Shown here one piece after another: positions 31,111 to 44,300 of a stretch of 64,000 bases of DNA. The stretch is from the NCBI RefSeq assembly GCF_009914755.1, contig NC_060934.1. The stretch is one strand, 5' to 3'. A program made the position numbers and the translations under genes. Positions within the stretch are counted from its first letter, which is position 1. Every line of letters begins with the position of its first letter. Source of the stretch: the human T2T-CHM13v2.0 reference genome, Homo sapiens. The notes under the pieces were generated by a model. The model did no database searches. It had not been told where the DNA came from and was given only the letters and a program-made list of their open reading frames with translations.

Positions 31111-32873
31111 AGGCTGCCTGGGGAAATGTGAGGGCCACACACCATTAGAAATGCTAAAGGGCAATATGATCTCATTACTGGAATGACTGAGAAGCCAGTA
31201 CCCTGAACGTGGCTTTCCCACATCACTGAAGTCCATCTCTTTGTGCCAAAAATACTTGCATGTAGTAATTTATAGGGAACATTTTGTAAAACCATTCTAT
31301 GCCAGCTGATATTTGGCCAATATTCTCTTATATACCTGGCTGTGTTGTTTACAACCACATTTATCCTCATAGGCCAATGCCTATGCCCTGTGGTTGTTAA
31401 ATATTTTCAATGTCACTCCTTATTGTATGTTTCCTTAAATTTTTAAAGTAAGCAATACAGATGTTTCCAGCATTTCCATGTTTCCATGCATGCTCTGTTA
31501 TAATGAGCACCTATTCTTACATAGTAAAATCCAGTCAAGGGTTTCTCCTTACATCAGCGGGCCCCATATGGCTCAGCTTTTTTATGGACACCTGATATCC
31601 CTTCTATCAATAACATTTGCTCTCATCTGTCATTTCTCAGTTGACGAGGGCAAGTTCTGTGTTTGCAGCAGTGAATATCTCTTACAGTGATATTCAGAAT
31701 TGTCACTGGGAGCAGGACTGAAGGCAGCCAGGAAAAGCCACCTGCCTTAAGGAGGCTATGGATCCATCCATCCCCACCAACCCCTGACCCTCCCTCCTCT
31801 CCTTTCACCTTCTGCCTCCGCCTGGTTGCTACAGGTCAGTGCTGGTGGAATTGATCGGAAGATGGGTACCAGAGAAGCTGGATTATCTCTGCCATCTCTA
31901 AGCAGAAGCCTAATCATTTAAAAAACCAACCAAGAAACCTCACCTTGTTCTTATGTGATAAGTACCAGCCAAGTCAGGATACTTTATATAACAGCTTATT
32001 TCAGAGGGTTTCCTTCAGCAAGCAAGTCAGGAATATTTTTTCCTAGTGTTTACTAACAGCTCCTAGTCATGCTCAAAATACTTGCCGGAAATTCTACTGA
32101 AATTAGACCCTCAAGAGTTTCAGAGAAAATGCAGCATGACATTATAAATGATAAATAATGTGAAATTAGACACCGCGGAGAACTGCATATTTGGCCGTTT
32201 CAAGTTCTAGGCCTCTTTCCTTTCCTCTCATAAGAGCCAGCTTATGTGGAGGTAGGCTGCCTGAAGGTTATACATTTTCAGTTTATAATATCTGCTCTTA
32301 ACAATAAATATTATATTTCTATACAACTGCTCCATTGTTCCCCCCAACAAATCTCACTAGACAGTTCCCCTTGGCCAGCAAGAATTACTTTCAGAAGGAA
32401 ATAATCCCCGCAACCTCAGTGATTTGTAAGTGGGTAAGACTCAGCCTAAGATGAAAACACACCAGTGATCCGAGTCTTCATTTTTAATTTCAGCATTCAC
32501 TTGCAATAGGAGGAAAACCAAATTAATTTTCCACTTTACTTCATTGGCAAACTATTTCTCACTTTGCTGAAGGTTCGAGGCACGGTGATAAATGGTGAAT
32601 AATAAGCTGCCGACGCGCACGGTGCATGGTTGGAGGCCCTGAGACTTCATCTTAATGGGCAGTCCTGTCCCACCACCAGGAAGCCTCGTCACTGTGTCCA
32701 GTCCTGACTCACAATGGCCTTCAGGGCCATTGGAGGGCATAGGTCTCAAACCAGAATGACCCCATGGGCATCATCGAAAATGTAACCCTACTAAGAGAGC
32801 CCCAGCACGGTGCTTCTTTAGTGACGGCAGAGGAACCAAAGCCATCCCCATGGAGACGCCTGCTCTTCTGTGC

Positions 32874-33155
32874 TAGAGGTCAGCAAACGTCTTCTGAAAG
32901 GGCCAGAGAGTCAATATCATAGGCTTTGCAGGCCATGCTGTCTCTGTTGCTGCTACTCAACTCTGCACCATGGTGTGAGACCTTCCCTGGATGATATGTC
33001 AACCAATGGGCGTGGATGCATTCCAACAGAATTTTATTTCTGGACATTGAAACGTGGATTTTGTATAATTTTTGCATGGCATAAAAGATCATGCTTCTTT
33101 TAATCCATTTTAAATGTAGAAAACATGCTTAGCTCAGAGGTCTTACAGAATCAGG
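32874..33155 (+). mobile_element. MER58B (hAT-Charlie)
   Basis: ggtcagcaaac...aaagggccagagagtcaatat...taggctttgcaggcca...ctactcaactctgc...tggacattgaaa. Confidence 0.82.
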
Positions 33156-35639
33156 GAACCTGATCTTCTAGGACAGTATCTATTCACCCTACAAAGCCTA
33201 TGTTGGGAGTACATCCCTCTAGCTGTTTGGATGAAACCAAACTCTCACAGGTAATTTAAGACACAAGTACAATGCATCCCTCCACTTCCTGTCACTGGTT
33301 TTTACCACCTGCTCGCAAAGAGGTGGTCAGAGTGGACAAACAATTCAGTCACCATGTGCAGCCAAAGGTACCATAATAGCTGGAAAAAAATCAGGAGACG
33401 TCTGGAAGAATCTTTAGAAAGTACACCAAGAATATAATTCATAACCTGCCGCTGTTTCCAAAGTGTGGGCCCTCAACCTCTAATTAATCTTAATAGCACT
33501 GCTGACTGCTTCTGCTCTTGGTATCATGATGAAAATTCACCACACATTTCATTCAAGCACACGTGAGGCTTGAATACCTTAGAAGAGAGTGATTCCATGG
33601 AGATGAAATTGCAAAGCGGCAAGCTGGCTGAAATTCTGCAGCTCACAGAGGAGACTGTGGGTGTGAAATTGTAGGCAATTACATTTTATCACTGCTACAC
33701 AAGTTTCTGCTGAATTCATTAAAATTTGCTCCCAGAATCGGGTTGGAGGACTGTGGAATTCCGATGACAAAAACGAAAGCAGATTTTCACTCTCCGTGCT
33801 GCAGGAGCCACAGAAAGTCCGCAGTGCAATGAGGTTTGGATGTGACTGAGAAATGTCATCTCCTGGAACTGCAGCTGCAAATTAAACAAGGGACTCTCTC
33901 ACAGAAACAATGACTGCATTCCAAGCAGAGAGAATCAGGGAACAGAGAGGACAGGCAAACAGTGGACAGTTGTGTGCCTGACACAGAGGGAGCAGGCCCC
34001 TTTCCCCGGGCCCCGGGTGGCCTGCTGAGCGCCGGTCAACACCTCCAGACAGGAGCACAGGAAGAGAGGAGAGGTGTAAATTTGGAAGTTAAGTTAGAAA
34101 GAACCCCCCACTGAGAGATGAATTAGAGATGCAAAAGCTATGACCAGAAAGGTCTTCCTAATTAGAAAACTGAGGAAAGATCTTGGGCCTGACATGAAGC
34201 GTTCATTTTGGCTTCAGCACCTCAGCTGGAGAGTCCTGGGTGCCGCCCTCCCGCTGAAGTGCTGACAGCGTTCTCTCCCCTCTGCCCAAGTGGCGACAGG
34301 CTGCCCAGAGGCCACTGCAGGCCCAGCAGCTTCCTGCCGGCGTTAGTTTATCCAGAACCTCTATGAGCATGGCCCAGAGGGTCCCTAATGGAGGGAGAAT
34401 GCGGCCCTCATCTCACTGCTGCGTGCACGTGCTAGCATCTGCCAACTTCCCACATCCAAACTGATTTGCCTAGCCACCCCCTGCCCTCCCTTACCCCCTG
34501 CCCTCCCTTAGACTGTATGGAAGCCAAGTCCAAAGGCTGGGCCTCTCCCTAGAGTGGACATCCACAACCAACACTCTGCCTTCTTCCCTCACCAAGACGA
34601 ACCTGCTAACCACACAGGCAATGAGACATTCCTCTTAACAGAATCCCTCATTCCTGCAGATAGCATGAGACAGAACAGTCCCAGACAAGCCAGCTGGAAA
34701 TCCAGTCTCCATTAATTGCTACCTGTGGCACCCTGGGTGGCCCAAGTGACCTTGCTGATATGCAGATTGTCCCACCTGTCAAACGGGCACAGAGCAATCT
34801 GCAGACGCTCAATGAGCAGTTCCTCTCCCTTCCCTGGGATAGGACTATTTTGGATTCTGAAGGCACAATCAGTTTTAATGGGCACCAGTTGTGTGGTTAC
34901 AGACAATTCTCCTATAGCCTGCTGCTAAGAGGCCTATAACCCACCTGACAGTCAGCAATATCCAGGGAGCAGAGCCTGCCAGAGCTCCCCAACCAGGACA
35001 GTAAAACCATCAGGCGAGCCCCTTCTTTCACAATTTACCAAATGCACATAACCCCATCTGCCAACCTGAGGCTGCACTCGCACACAGCGCAGAGACCAAG
35101 ATTCCCAGAGGAAGGGTGTCTGACTGAACTCACTTCTCCCAGCCACCGGCAGTGGCATGCTGCCACCCACTCTCATGGGCTGGGCGGAGGGACCCACGTA
35201 CATTGCTTTCCATGGCTGTGCAGGTGACATCACACATGCACATGATGTCACATTGACGACTTGAAACCAGCCCCGGAGTATTTACACCACAGAAAGTGGC
35301 AAATGCTACAACTCGGGGCAAAATTCCCCACCCGCACTCCAGCTGGTTGTTGTTTAAAGTGACCAGCACATGCTGGGCACGTCCACTCACTGCCTTGGGC
35401 CCCAAGAGGGGAGTTCATTGGCACTGCAGTAGCGTGGGGCTAAAGAGGGGCCACTCGTCCACCGCACGCCTGCCACCCCCACCCTCACACCACATCTGGC
35501 CTGTGACAGAATGAGCCTTGAGACCCCAGCTTTTACCCCCAAGATGCAGTGAAATAGATCCTGGGCAGCCCAGGCCAAGCCCTGCCTTAGCTTGATCAGG
35601 GTTTAACCAGAGCCGTAAATGGCCACATGCAAAGCTCCT

Positions 35640-35780
35640 GTGGTCACTGGGTGTGCAGCGTGGGAAAGAAGGGCTCTGACCTCTGGAGCCTGTTTTTCTA
35701 TCTATAACAAAAGGACAATCACAGTCAAATCCTTAGAGGGTTTGTGTGAGGATTCAAGGGGATTATTTGTGTGAAAATGT
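35640..35780 (+). mobile_element. MIR fragment
   Basis: acctctggagcctgtttttctatctataa...agggtttgtgtgaggattcaag. Confidence 0.6.
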
Positions 35781-36119
35781 GTGGACCTCCTGGTGGCCAT
35801 GAGCCCAATCCACATTGATGGCTGTGATAGAGGTGGCTATGATGAGCAAATATCCTGTCTGCCTGCTCAGCAAAGGGATCTGTGAGCACTAAACATAGGA
35901 ACACAACCCATGGCATCCTGCCTCCAGCGTTTGCTCATTTGCCCACTGTGAAACTATTTGGTCCTGAGGCCAGAGGAATTGGCGGCGGCAGCTGATGGAC
36001 ATCCTGCACTCATTAACCAACACCGACCGAGGATCAGCCAGTAGCAGCCCTGCCTTCAAGTGGCTCACAGTCCTGTGCAGGGCCAGATGAGTAAAGGCCA
36101 TGACCACGGAAGCTGAGAA

Positions 36120-36300
36120 CAGGCGTTCTCAATCTCAGCACTGCTGACCCCTGGGGCCAGAGCAGTCTCTGCATGAGGGCTGTCCTGTGCCTTGTGGGAA
36201 GTTAGCAGCATCCGTGGCCTCCACCCACTGGATGCCCGTAGTCCCCATCCCACCCCAGGTGTGAAAACCACAAATGTCTCCAGACATTGCAAATGGCTCC
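36120..36300 (-). mobile_element. MER20 (partial)
   Basis: caggcgttctcaatctcagcactgctgac...gctgtcctgtgccttgt...aaatgtctccagacattgcaaatg. Confidence 0.85.
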
Positions 36301-37029
36301 CACTCGCTATCTGTCTGCTTGGGGAGACATGGACCAGGAACAGGGCTCTAGACCACAGGCCCTGTAGATCTGCAGGCTCGGAAGAAATCCGGAGAAGCAT
36401 ATGCCAAAATGTCAGCAGCAACTTTCCTCTCCACGCTGAGCATTTTAGTCTCTGTGGGCTTTGTAACCATCCAGATGAACATCAAGAATGGAGACCCAGC
36501 CCACCAGGTTGTGGTGAGCACAGAAGAGGGTCTAGAAGTGGTGACTCTAACCTGGGTCCCAAAGGCAGCAGCAGCAAAGTCCCACTGTGGGTGCCATCCT
36601 CCTTCCATTGCAAACACAAACCAACAGCCAAGCCTGCAAACCTTCAAGGAACAAACAGCTTGGCTCTCAGAGGAGGCCATAGTCTCATCCAAGCAGCATG
36701 TAGCCCGAGTCCCTGGAGTTTGTGTCCTGGCGCCCACCCAGTGTGAACCTTGCCTTCAACAGCAAAGAAAGGGCCCACCTTTTGCAGCCTGGAGAAGTTC
36801 CCAGATTGAAACCATAGCAACCTCCTCCATCTCATGTGGAAGTGGCCAGCCTTGCTCCACAGCCACCCAGACACACGACTGGCTTTGGGCTTCCTTCTCT
36901 CTGCCTCCTACATATGTGTGGCCTGACTACTGAGTGTCCTTCACTCATCCCCACCCTCCTGAAGGCGTCCAATTAAAGACTGAAATGAAGACCTCTTTGC
37001 ATGACTCAATTACAAGTTTAGGAATAAGA

Positions 37030-38067
37030 CTCTCTCTCTCTATATATATATATTATATATATTATATATAATATATATTTTATATTATATAAAATATATA
37101 TTATATATAATATATTTTATATATTATATAAAATATATATTAAATATATATTATATATTATATAAAATATATATTATATATAATATATAAAATATATATT
37201 ATATATAATATATAAAATATATATTATATATAATATATAAAATATAAAATATATATAATATATAAAATATAAAATATATATTATATATAATATATAAAAT
37301 ATATATTATATATAATATATAAAATATATATTATATATAATATATAAAATATATATTATATATAAAATATATATTATATATAATATATAAAATATATATT
37401 ATATATAAAATATAAAATATATATTATATATAAAATATAAAATATATATTATATATAAAATATAAAATATATATTATATAAAATATATATTATATATAAT
37501 ATATAAAATATATATTATATATAATATATAAAATATATATTATATAATATATAATATAAATATAATATTAAATATGTAATATAATATTTATATTACATAT
37601 TATGTAATATAATATTATATTACATATTATGTAATATAAATATTATATTACATAATATGTAATATAATATTTATATTACATAATATGTAATATAATATTA
37701 TATTACATAATATGTAATATAATATTTATATTACATATTATGTAATATAATATTTATATTACATAATATGTAATATAATATTTATATTACATATTATGTA
37801 ATATAATATTTATATTACATATTATGTAATATAATATTTATATTATATATTTATATTATATATTATATTATATATTATATATTTATATTATATATTATAT
37901 TATATATATTATATATTTATATTATATATAATATATAATATATAATATATATTATTTTATATAATAATATATATTATATATATTATATTATATATAATAT
38001 ATATTATATATATTATATTATATAATAATATATATTATATATATTATACACACACACACACACACAA
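37030..38067. repeat. About 1-kb AT-rich composite tandem array flanked by (TC)n and (CA)n
   Basis: Three domains: A-rich (tatataaaatatatatta-type), central 27-28-bp tgtaatat...atattaca units, and T-rich (tatat)n. Confidence 0.95.
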
Positions 38068-38684
38068 ACTTGTGCATCAGTCAATTTGCTGTCACCCTCC
38101 CTAAAAACAAGGCACTTGTAGAACACCGAGCTCTGCTTTTTAAAAATGCCCTTCATTATTAGCATCTGGAAAACTGGCACGTTTCCAGTGAAACGAGAAA
38201 CTTCGCACTCTGCGGTCCAGGCTCTGCACTTGTGGTAGCTTAAGGAACTTCAAAGCTCCTTGTTGTTTGAACAAATTGGAAACAGAAAACAAAGGATGAA
38301 AAGAGGCCATCCCCATGCAAGAACTCTCCATCCAGGAGGGGAGCAGAGTCTCATCAGCCTTTGATGTGGCCCAGTGGCCACATTCCTCTCTCAAAGCTCC
38401 AGATGCTGGTCGCAGCATCCTCCACCCGCTGTTTTGAGACTGAGTGAACCACCTCTCAGATGCTGTGCTGCACATGCAAGCAAATGCACCTAACAGCATG
38501 TTACTGGCCACTGAAGACATGATGGTTAGCCCAAATAGCGCTCCTCCACGTCCCCTTATCATTTCCATATTCACAAAGAAGATCATTTTCCTGTGTGCAG
38601 CTCTGGCTATTTTCAGACTACCCTATTGTCATTAGTTATGAATTTTCCACTATAGTCCTGTGAGTGGGCTCATTGCCCAGCCAG

Positions 38685-38892
38685 GTGTAGGACTGACAGG
38701 CAGGCTCTGAAGCCAGAAAGCCTGGCATTTATGCAAGGATAACCTTGGATAAATTATTTCACCTGATCCAATTTGGTCTCCTCACCTTCTAAACATTCAC
38801 GATCATGATACTTACAGATGGGGTTATAGAATGGATCAAATGGAGGTAGCTATGATTGAAAGACAGTAAGCCAACACGTGATGTTATTAGTT
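38685..38892 (+). mobile_element. MIR
   Basis: caggctctgaagccagaaagcctgg...accttggataaattatttcacct...atacttacagatggggttatag. Confidence 0.65.
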
Positions 38893-39727
38893 TTCAAAGT
38901 AAGCGAATATTCATTAAGGGTCCCCTATGTGTCAGGCACTGTGCTAAGTCCTGGAGATAAAACAGTGAAGAAAGTGGACTGAATCTTTACTCAGAAGAAG
39001 AGTATAGGCCTTCAGGGAACAAGAAAGAAAAACATCAAGAATTACCGCCAGTTTCAGTGAGTTCCACAGTGGAAACACAAGGGCTGCAATGAGGGATACT
39101 GGGGCAGCCTTGCTGGAGTGCACAGGACCAGGCTCCCTGAAGAGCCACCTGAAAGGCGAGAAGGAAGGAAGCCACCGGCAAAGAGAAGGCAAAGGGTATT
39201 CCAAGGGCTGGTGCAATAGCCTGGGCAGGCACCTTGAAGCAGGAAGGACGTCGGTTGAGGTTGAGGACCAGAAAGAGAACAGTGAGACTGGAGCTGGTGC
39301 CTGTGGGGCAGTGGCATGGAGGACCACAGGTGCTGACCTTTTAGGAAAAGCACTTTTGCTTTTGAGTGGAGGATGGACCAGGGAGGGGCAAGAGCGGAGG
39401 CAGCGAGACCAGTTAAGAGGATACATCTGGGAGGCAGGACACACAGGACTTGATGATGGAGCACACATCGGGAAGACAGGTGGGGGAGGGACTTTAAAAT
39501 GACCTCTAGATTTCCTACTGAGACCGGAAGCCCAGGGAGAAGATTTGGGGGCAAGAGGAGAGGAAGTGAAAATTTCCATTTAGACACACCCATACTGAGA
39601 GGCATATTACCCACCAAAGGTGGCCCTGGGTGGGCCATTGCCTGTGAACATGGAGCTCAGAGGGGACCCTGCGGGGAGCCACAGCTGGGTGCCCTGGTCA
39701 TAAAGAAGTAGTTACAGCCATGGGGAT

Positions 39728-40108
39728 TGTATTAGTCTGTTCTCGCATTGCTATAAAGAAATACATAAGACTGGGTAAATTGCAAAGAAAAGAGGTTTAA
39801 CTGGCTCACGGTTCTGCAGGCTGGGGTAGCATGGCTGGGAAAGCCTCAGGAAACTTTCCTTCATAGTGAAAGGCGAAGGGCAAGCAGGCATGTCTTCGCT
39901 TGGCTGGAGCAGGAGGAAAAGGATGAAGGGGAAGGTGCTACACACTTTCAAACAACCAGATCTTGTAAAAACTCACTCAGTATCATGAGAACAGCAAAGG
40001 GGAAATCCACCCCATGATCCAATCACCTCCCAACAGGCCCCTCCTCCAACACTGGAGATGACAATTTGACATGAGATTTGAGCAGGGACATAGATCCAAA
40101 CCATATCG
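39728..40108 (-). mobile_element. MSTA-like MaLR solo LTR
   Basis: tgtattagtctgttctcgcattgctataaagaaatac...gagatttgagcagggacatagatccaaaccatatc. Confidence 0.9.
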
Positions 40109-40632
40109 GGAGGCATGAGACCCTCTTCCCCCACCCCCGGGAGATTTGCTCAGAGAGGAGCAAACCCACAGCTGGGTTGGCTGAAGGAGGGTAACCAGCA
40201 AAGCAGGGTCGGAAGCCCTGGAAGGTGACCTGGAGGAGACCACAGAAAGGGGTGTCCTTGAGCCAGAAGAAGATCGAGACTCGACTGCATTCTGTGCTGC
40301 TAGGAAGCCAAGCAAGGTGGGGACACAGAGGTGTTGTCACTGTGGACCTTGTTAGAGCAAACGCCAGACTGGAGCAGGTGGAGAAGGGGGACAAGGGATG
40401 GGGGATGGTGCCCCCTCTGAGAAGTGTTTCCAAGGGAGAAGAAGCCTCGAGTGGCACCTTGAGAGGGAGGAGTGACTAGGGAAAGATATTTGTAAGATGC
40501 GGCAGGTTTGTATGCTGATGGAAATAATCCAGGAGAAGAAATGAGTGGTATTGTTTATTGTACAAGAAATGGGAGAAAAGAGAAGGAGAAAACCTCTGGG
40601 AAAGGAGAGGAAATGGAATAGAAGCAAAGTGG

Positions 40633-40685
40633 AAGCTTAGGCCACTCCCTAAGCTTAGGCCACTTCCTAAGCTTAGGCCACCTAA
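40633..40685. repeat. 18-bp tandem repeat (about 3 copies)
   Basis: aagcttaggccactccct / aagcttaggccacttcct / aagcttaggccacctaa. Confidence 0.9.
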
Positions 40686-40717
40686 AAGGTGGGCAAATCT
40701 CCACAGCCAGAGGGAGG

Positions 40718-41310
40718 AGGCAGTAGTTTTCTGCTGCTGTCTAACAAAAAACCACAAATGGAGCCCTCAGAATAGCACATGTTTATAACTCACAGGTCCC
40801 TAGCTCAGAAGTCAGGCCGGACCCAACCGGGCTCTGTGTCCAGAGTCACACAAGGCTGGAATCAGCCCGTTAGCCAGGGCTGGTTCTCATCTGAAGCTTG
40901 GGATCCTCCTCCCAGCATTTTCTGTTGCTGGCAGAATTCAATTCCTTGTGGTTGTAGGACCACCGTCCTTATTTCCTTACTGGCTGTTGCTGGCCAGAGA
41001 ATGCTGTCTGCTCCTAGGGGTCTCCCTCAGGTCCTCACCATATAGCCCCTCCGTCTTCAAAGCCAGCACAGAATCCCTCATCCTGAACATCCCTGACCTC
41101 AGGAAGGGCAGGACCTTTTCATGGGCTCACTGGTTTAGTCAGACACACCCTGATAATCTCTTTCGATTAACTCAACCTCAAATGACAAGTAACCTAATCA
41201 TGGGAATTATATCCTATCACATATTCGTGGGTTCTACCCACACATAAGGCATGGGGATTGTGCAGGGCTTGTACCCAGGGGTTCAGAATCTTAGCATTCT
41301 GCCTACACCA
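40718..41310 (-). mobile_element. MLT1E-like MaLR solo LTR
   Basis: tagttttctgctgctgtctaacaaaaaaccacaaa...ggcagaattcaattccttgtggttgtaggac...atcttagcattctgcctac. Confidence 0.8.
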
Positions 41311-44300
41311 GATAGAGGGAAAAGACAGCCAGACAGAGGTGCTTTAGGAGGCTCAGAGTGGGGAAGCCAAGGGGCTCACAGCTCACAGTGCCATTTCCCA
41401 GTGTAACTGGAGAGGAGTTCACCTGAGAAGGCAGGAGGATCTCCAGGAGGGCTGAAGAGTGAAGACAAGGAGGTTAGGGCATGAGGATCTTAAGGACGGT
41501 TCAGGAATGAAGACAAGGAGGTTTAGGGCACCTCCCAGCCAAGGGATGAGGCCGGGCTGGCAGGAGGAGGTCTGGAGAGGAAGATGGGCACCAGAGCCCT
41601 GCTGGGGGCAGGGCTGGGGTGAAAGCAGGGGCAGCAGCCCGGGGGCAGGGTGCAGGGTGATGTCAGCTGGCAGGAGGGTATGCAAGTCAGGCTCTTCAAG
41701 AAGGGAGGGAGAAAGAGTCTGGGAGCAGTAGTGGGGGGTTTCAGGGAACCAAGGACACCGCCTCTAATTCCAAGCGTGGCTGCCAGGGGTGGGTAGCCAC
41801 AGGGTGGCCACTTTGAGAAGGAACTGGTCTATGATTCCTGAGGGCTCTGGAGTCCCAAGAGAACCTCTTGTTAGTGCCACATTTGATAGAAAAAATGCAG
41901 CTCTTTCTGGGGCCCCACAAGATTCCTGCCTCCTTTATTGCAGCACAGATCCTTACAATAAACTGTCTTTATGGGGAGGAGCATGAGTGAGTCTCTCTTC
42001 CTTATAACCTGTAAGGTCCAACTCACCCCAACACTTTATGCTAAGCAGAGAGAGACCAAGAGAGACTGGACCTGCCTTTGAGGGTTCTACAGTCTGATAT
42101 GAACCCACAAATAATCATCACATACATCAAACCCAGGCAGGCCACAGTTGGGGTATAAACCAAGTAAGTATCTTGGCAATACATTTTTGTAAAGAGATGA
42201 GAAAACGAAAAATTAGAAGCAGAAGCCAGGGTGAACAGAAAGAGGGTGTGTCTTGGGAAAAGAACAAGATGGGATTTACTGGAAGTGTGGAGTCTTATCT
42301 CTCAGCACAACCTGTTGGGTGTCTATGGCCAATCTATGCTAATGGCTCTCAGTGTTATAAAAGAATAGCCAACCAAAACATGGAAAATAGCTCTTCTGAT
42401 TGTCCCTAGTAAAATCAACCCAAGGCACAGGGTAACAAAGTTTACAAGGGACCCCAAAACTCCTAAAGTGTTTCTGAACTGTGGAGAAAGCAGGTTGTGT
42501 GTCACTTTCAAGCTTAAAAAAGAAAAGAAAAGAAAAGAAAAACAATGCTGCTTTTTAGCTGGTGACTTCACAGCACATTCCATGGTGACGGTACTAAATG
42601 ATTCATCGTAATCCTTGTGAACCAGAGGCAACAGCATGCAATCTAAAAGAAATGTCTCTTTAAAAATTAAATAAAGCAAAAATGCTCTGCGGGTGCTGGT
42701 GTTACACTGCATGCTGAGCTCTGCGCTGATCGTATTCTCCCACGTAATTGCAGCCCCTGGTTTATGCTGCACTATCTCTCTGCCTTTGATTCCCCTGCAC
42801 AGTATGCTTTATGCCTGCGACTCAGAAACTCCTTGGGGCCCCTGCCCCCTTCATTAAGGTTTATGTCAATCAGTAAAGAGTTATGTGCATTTTCAACAGT
42901 GCTGGCACACAGTGGACTTTACGCACTGCCTAACTTTCTTCCTTTAACTTCCCACCAAGCCAGTGTGCTCTCTATGTTTCAGGAGTGAAACGCATTTACA
43001 TGAACCCCAAGCAGTTAATATATTATGACCCAGTTAGCACAGTTTTACTTCACGGTACTATAATGTAATGCTCAATGATTTTTAAGCAATAAAAGGAGGG
43101 ACTTTAAAACTTAATTAGGAAAATTTAGACCCTACAGGGTTCGTAATGAGTTTTTGAAAATTTTGGAGTAATGCACTGAGATTCCTGATATTTATCTCAT
43201 GGGAATCTCAGAAAGGGTTTTTTGAGCCATTGTAAAATCATTCTCAAAGCAACTATTTCTTAGCCTCACTGAAGGTATTTTGCTGAAAATAAATGAGAAA
43301 CCAAACAAGAATGCCACCACTTCTACGAGAAGCAAATCCCATATTACTATTCCATTTCTGTATTCTTTGGGGAGGTTCCTAAATATCCCCTATGTTTCAT
43401 GATACTAGGCCACAGCTATGCTCTTTCTCACACTTCCAATCCAGTCTTTCAAAATAATATGATCTCATTTAAAAGAAAAAAAAGTGAAACTATTTGAGTC
43501 ATAATGGAACCCGTATCAAGATCCCAGAAACATATTTTCTCAATGCTCCCTGCTGCAGCATCTCCACAGACAGCAGTCTCCAATGCCATTTCCATCCCAT
43601 CCATTTCACAAACCTGTGCTCAGCCCACAGCTTTATCTACTTCCATTAAATAGATGTGCTTGCCGCAGGAAATTGCCATGGAAATAAATGTTAGGTTTGG
43701 CACCAGTTCCTTTTAAAGAAGCTGCAATTGGAAACGTAAACGCAGTGAGAAGATGCAGCCAGTGAGAGCAATGCACCCAGCTCCTGACCCACGAGGTCCT
43801 TCTGGGGACACTGAGACTTCTTTTAGAAGTGAGTGTAATGCAGTCACTTTTCAAAGACAAGAATCATTCATTCTTGACCCGGCAGGGGGCTCCCACAACC
43901 TTGTCCAGGCCAAAGGGCAGGTGAGACTCACCAGGGCAACGATTTGTCTCAGGAGGACTGGCCCTGAGCCCGGTGGCCCAAGTCACCCAGGAGCAGCGCA
44001 GTCGGGAACCTGCAGGGCTGCTCCTGCAGCAGAGACTCCTAGCAGCCAGGGCAGTCAGGGACAGGCTGATTACCTGTTGCTCTGCCACTGGGAAGCCTCC
44101 AGGCATACCTGCACCCTGGAAGGATGCAGAGGGAGGAGGCGGCACATGAATAATGAATATACTCTCACCTTCCATCATTAGCATTCCATTCAAAGGACGC
44201 AAATGAGGCATTCATTTCTCCTCCTGGCTTGAAAGGAGAAGTGTCTCCGGGAATAAGCAAGTGGGACCTGGGGCACTGGGTGGGTTGAGGGGGAAGGTAG

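Larger units (their letters stand above)
38900..41750 (-). mobile_element. Long L2 (L2a-like), interrupted by MSTA and MLT1E-like LTRs
   Basis: 3' end ctatgtgtcaggcactgtgctaagtcctggagataaaacagtgaa; ORF 39054..39638 contains ILLTGLAASALAPPWSILHSKAKVLFLK, resembling the L2 ORF2 C-terminus. Right boundary approximate. Confidence 0.75.

Noticed and set aside
31170-31425. Possible hAT transposon end (ggttgttaaatattttcaatgtcactcct)
   Set aside because: Could not find the matching terminus or assign a family.
34213-34236. REST/RE1-like TTCAGCACC-N6-GGAGAG
   Set aside because: The 6-nt linker fits neither the canonical nor the usual expanded spacing, and the right half is weak.
36192-36933. Overlapping 184-aa and 174-aa ORFs
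   Set aside because: One starts in MER20, both use non-ATG starts, and neither has a recognisable domain; consistent with chance in GC-richer DNA.
37030-38067. CRISPR-like or coding interpretation of the periodic array
   Set aside because: Eukaryotic AT-rich tandem repeat with no unique spacers; no cas genes.
38944-39638. 211-aa and 194-aa minus-strand ORFs
   Set aside because: They lie within an L2 relic; only a short patch resembles L2 ORF2 and there is no host-protein similarity.
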